A stretch of DNA of 15,724 nt. It comes from Chlamydiota bacterium. GTDB lineage: Bacteria > Auribacterota > Tritonobacteria > UBA1439. Shown here in pieces: positions 14,228 through 15,724 of the stretch. The position numbers and the translations under genes are program-made. The notes under the pieces are model-generated. The model was given only the letters and a program-made list of their open reading frames with translations. It did no database searches and was not told where the DNA came from. How positions within the stretch are numbered: the stretch's first letter is position 1; every line of letters starts with the position of its first letter. The DNA lies in contig JBAXOY010000074.1 in the NCBI GenBank assembly GCA_037133055.1, positions 1 through 15,724 on the forward strand, in the 5' to 3' direction.

Positions 14228-14256
14228 ATTCTAACAGCAGCCCCCCGCTGCGTCAA
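14228..14256 (-). promoter_or_regulatory. Near-consensus sigma-70 promoter of the SerB-like gene
   Basis: TTGACG-N17-TAGAAT with extended -10 TG. Confidence 0.75.
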
Positions 14257-14298
14257 AAGCAAATACCGCGCCCGCGGGAACGCGGTGAAAACTCTGTT

Positions 14299-14327
14299 TT
14301 TGAGGCGACCGCCCCGCATGGTATCAT
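14299..14327 (+). promoter_or_regulatory. Sigma-70-type promoter of the glycosyltransferase gene
   Basis: TTTGAG(G)-N16/17-TATCAT with extended -10 TG, ending 23 nt before ATG 14351. Confidence 0.5.
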
Positions 14328-14350
14328 ATCCGACGAGAAAGGCGGCGGGG

Positions 14351-15460
14351 ATGAGAATCGGGATCGACATACAGACCGTCATCGTGCGGCCCACGGGGGT
14401 GGGGCGATACACGGCCGGCCTTGCCAGGGCGCTGGCGGCTCTCGGCGGCGAGGAGTCCTACCGCCTTTTTTACTTCGACTTCAGGCGGAGGGGGGGCACC
14501 CTCGGCATCACCGATCCGCGTTTCGACGTGAGGCCCATCAGGTTCATCCCGGGCAGGGTCTATTGCTCCCTCGCGGAAAATTTCGGCCTCCCGGACATCG
14601 CCCTCTTCGCGGGCCGGTGCGACCTCTACCATTTTCCTAATTTCATCATCCCCCCGTGCGCCAGGGGGAAGGCGGTGGTAACCGTCCACGATCTTTCCTT
14701 CGCCCGGTTTCCCCAGTACGCCGAGGCGGGAAACCTGAAGCGGATCGAGAAGCGTTTCGGCGTGACCCTCGCGCGGGCGGATGCCGTCATCACCGTCTCC
14801 CAATTCTCCAAGCGCGAGCTCGTCGAGCTCTACGGGCTGTCCCCCGACAGGGTAATGGTGACGTGCCACGGCGTGAGCATTCAGCCGCGGCCGAGGCCCG
14901 CGCGGCCGCTCCCCTTCCCCTACTTCCTTTTCATCGGCACCATCGAGCCGCGGAAGAACCTCGAGACGCTCCTCGAGGCCTGGCGTATCCTGAAGGGGAG
15001 AAGCGGCGCGCACTGGACGCACCGGCTCTTCGTGGTCGGCCACCACGGCTGGCGCTGCAAGCCGGCGAAGGAGCAGGCGAGGGAAAAGGGCGTGGACGCC
15101 GACGTGATCGTGCTCGACTACGTGCGGGACGAGGAGCTCCCGGACCTCTACGGGGCGGCGGAGGCGCTCGTCTACCCGTCCCTCTACGAGGGGTTCGGCT
15201 TCCCGCCGCTCGAGGCGATGGCCTGCGGGACGCCGGTGATCGCCTCAACCGCCCCCGCCATACCGGAAGTGGTCGGGGACGCGGCGATCCTCTGCGACCC
15301 GCTTGACGCGGAGGGGTTCGCTGAGGCGATGCTCCGCGTCCGCGACGACGCGGCCCTGCGGGAGCGCCTGACGACGCGCGGGCGCGCCCGCGCGGGGCAG
15401 TTCACCTGGGAGAGGACGGCACGGGAGACGCTCGCGCTGTACCGGAAACTCCTGAGCTAA
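14351..15460 (+). CDS. Glycosyltransferase family 4 (GT-B, mannosyltransferase-like), 369 aa
   Basis: MRIGID...TGVGRY; VVTVHDL; VITVSQFSKRE; FIGTIEPRKNL; YPSLYEGFGFPPLEAMACGTPVIAS (EX7E); FTWERTA. Confidence 0.95.
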   Translation: MRIGIDIQTVIVRPTGVGRYTAGLARALAALGGEESYRLFYFDFRRRGGTLGITDPRFDVRPIRFIPGRVYCSLAENFGLPDIALFAGRCDLYHFPNFIIPPCARGKAVVTVHDLSFARFPQYAEAGNLKRIEKRFGVTLARADAVITVSQFSKRELVELYGLSPDRVMVTCHGVSIQPRPRPARPLPFPYFLFIGTIEPRKNLETLLEAWRILKGRSGAHWTHRLFVVGHHGWRCKPAKEQAREKGVDADVIVLDYVRDEELPDLYGAAEALVYPSLYEGFGFPPLEAMACGTPVIASTAPAIPEVVGDAAILCDPLDAEGFAEAMLRVRDDAALRERLTTRGRARAGQFTWERTARETLALYRKLLS

Positions 15461-15473
15461 ACGCTTCAACGCC

Positions 15474-15724
15474 GGGACGCAGATGAACGCGGATCGTCAG
15501 GATAGGCAGGATACAAAAAGGGGACAAAAGCGGCTGGATACCAAAATCGGACGCAGATTTCGCAGATGAACGCAGATACTATAGAGGATATTTTGGGAGG
15601 CGTACCTCCTTGAGAGCAGATGGGACGCGGATGAACGCGGATTAATAACGCAGCGTGATTCAATCTTGAACCTTCAATCTTGAACCATTGTGGTATCTGC
15701 GTGCTCTGCGTTCATCTGCGTCCC
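15474..15724. repeat. Array of 9-bp (A)ACGC[AG]GAT units with a terminal inverted repeat; non-autonomous repeat element
   Basis: Forward clusters at 15474-15494, 15549-15577 and 15622-15642; inverted cluster at 15695-15724. GGGACGCAGATGAACGC (15474-15490) is the exact reverse complement of 15708-15724. Internal TTCAATCTTGAACC x2 at 15659-15686. Confidence 0.8.

Noticed and set aside
13057..14640. 527-aa plus-strand ORF
   Set aside because: Antisense shadow of the SerB-like gene that also crosses two promoters.
15474..15724. CRISPR array, or the 65-aa ORF 15466..15663
   Set aside because: Repeats are 9-bp tandem units of variable number with an inverted copy, and there are no cas genes; the ORF is just the translated repeat.

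Overview
GC-rich bacterial chromosomal window with no rRNA, tRNA, CRISPR array or intact mobile element seen. The most notable part is 1-6442. It holds a minus-strand operon of seven exported proteins: an LPP20/FlgP-like lipoprotein, a triple-LPP20 protein, three small lipoproteins (49, 60 and 118 aa), a FlgT-N-like protein and a truncated Ig-like protein. The operon follows a clear sigma-54 -24/-12 promoter and is divergent from a GAF-AAA+-HTH sigma-54 activator, with candidate enhancer repeats in between. Two of the small lipoproteins share a C-terminal motif, and two LPP20 repeats look circularly permuted. The rest of the window contains hemB (with an in-frame heptamer-repeat insertion), a DUF2284-like Cys-rich protein, a coiled-coil/TM/LysM protein and a MazG-like pyrophosphatase. 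It also contains an orphan ABC ATPase + G3E GTPase + Fe-S protein trio, an ACT-ACT-HAD SerB-like protein lacking its catalytic motifs, a GT4 glycosyltransferase and several families of short intergenic repeats. All family assignments come from motif recognition by eye, not database searches.
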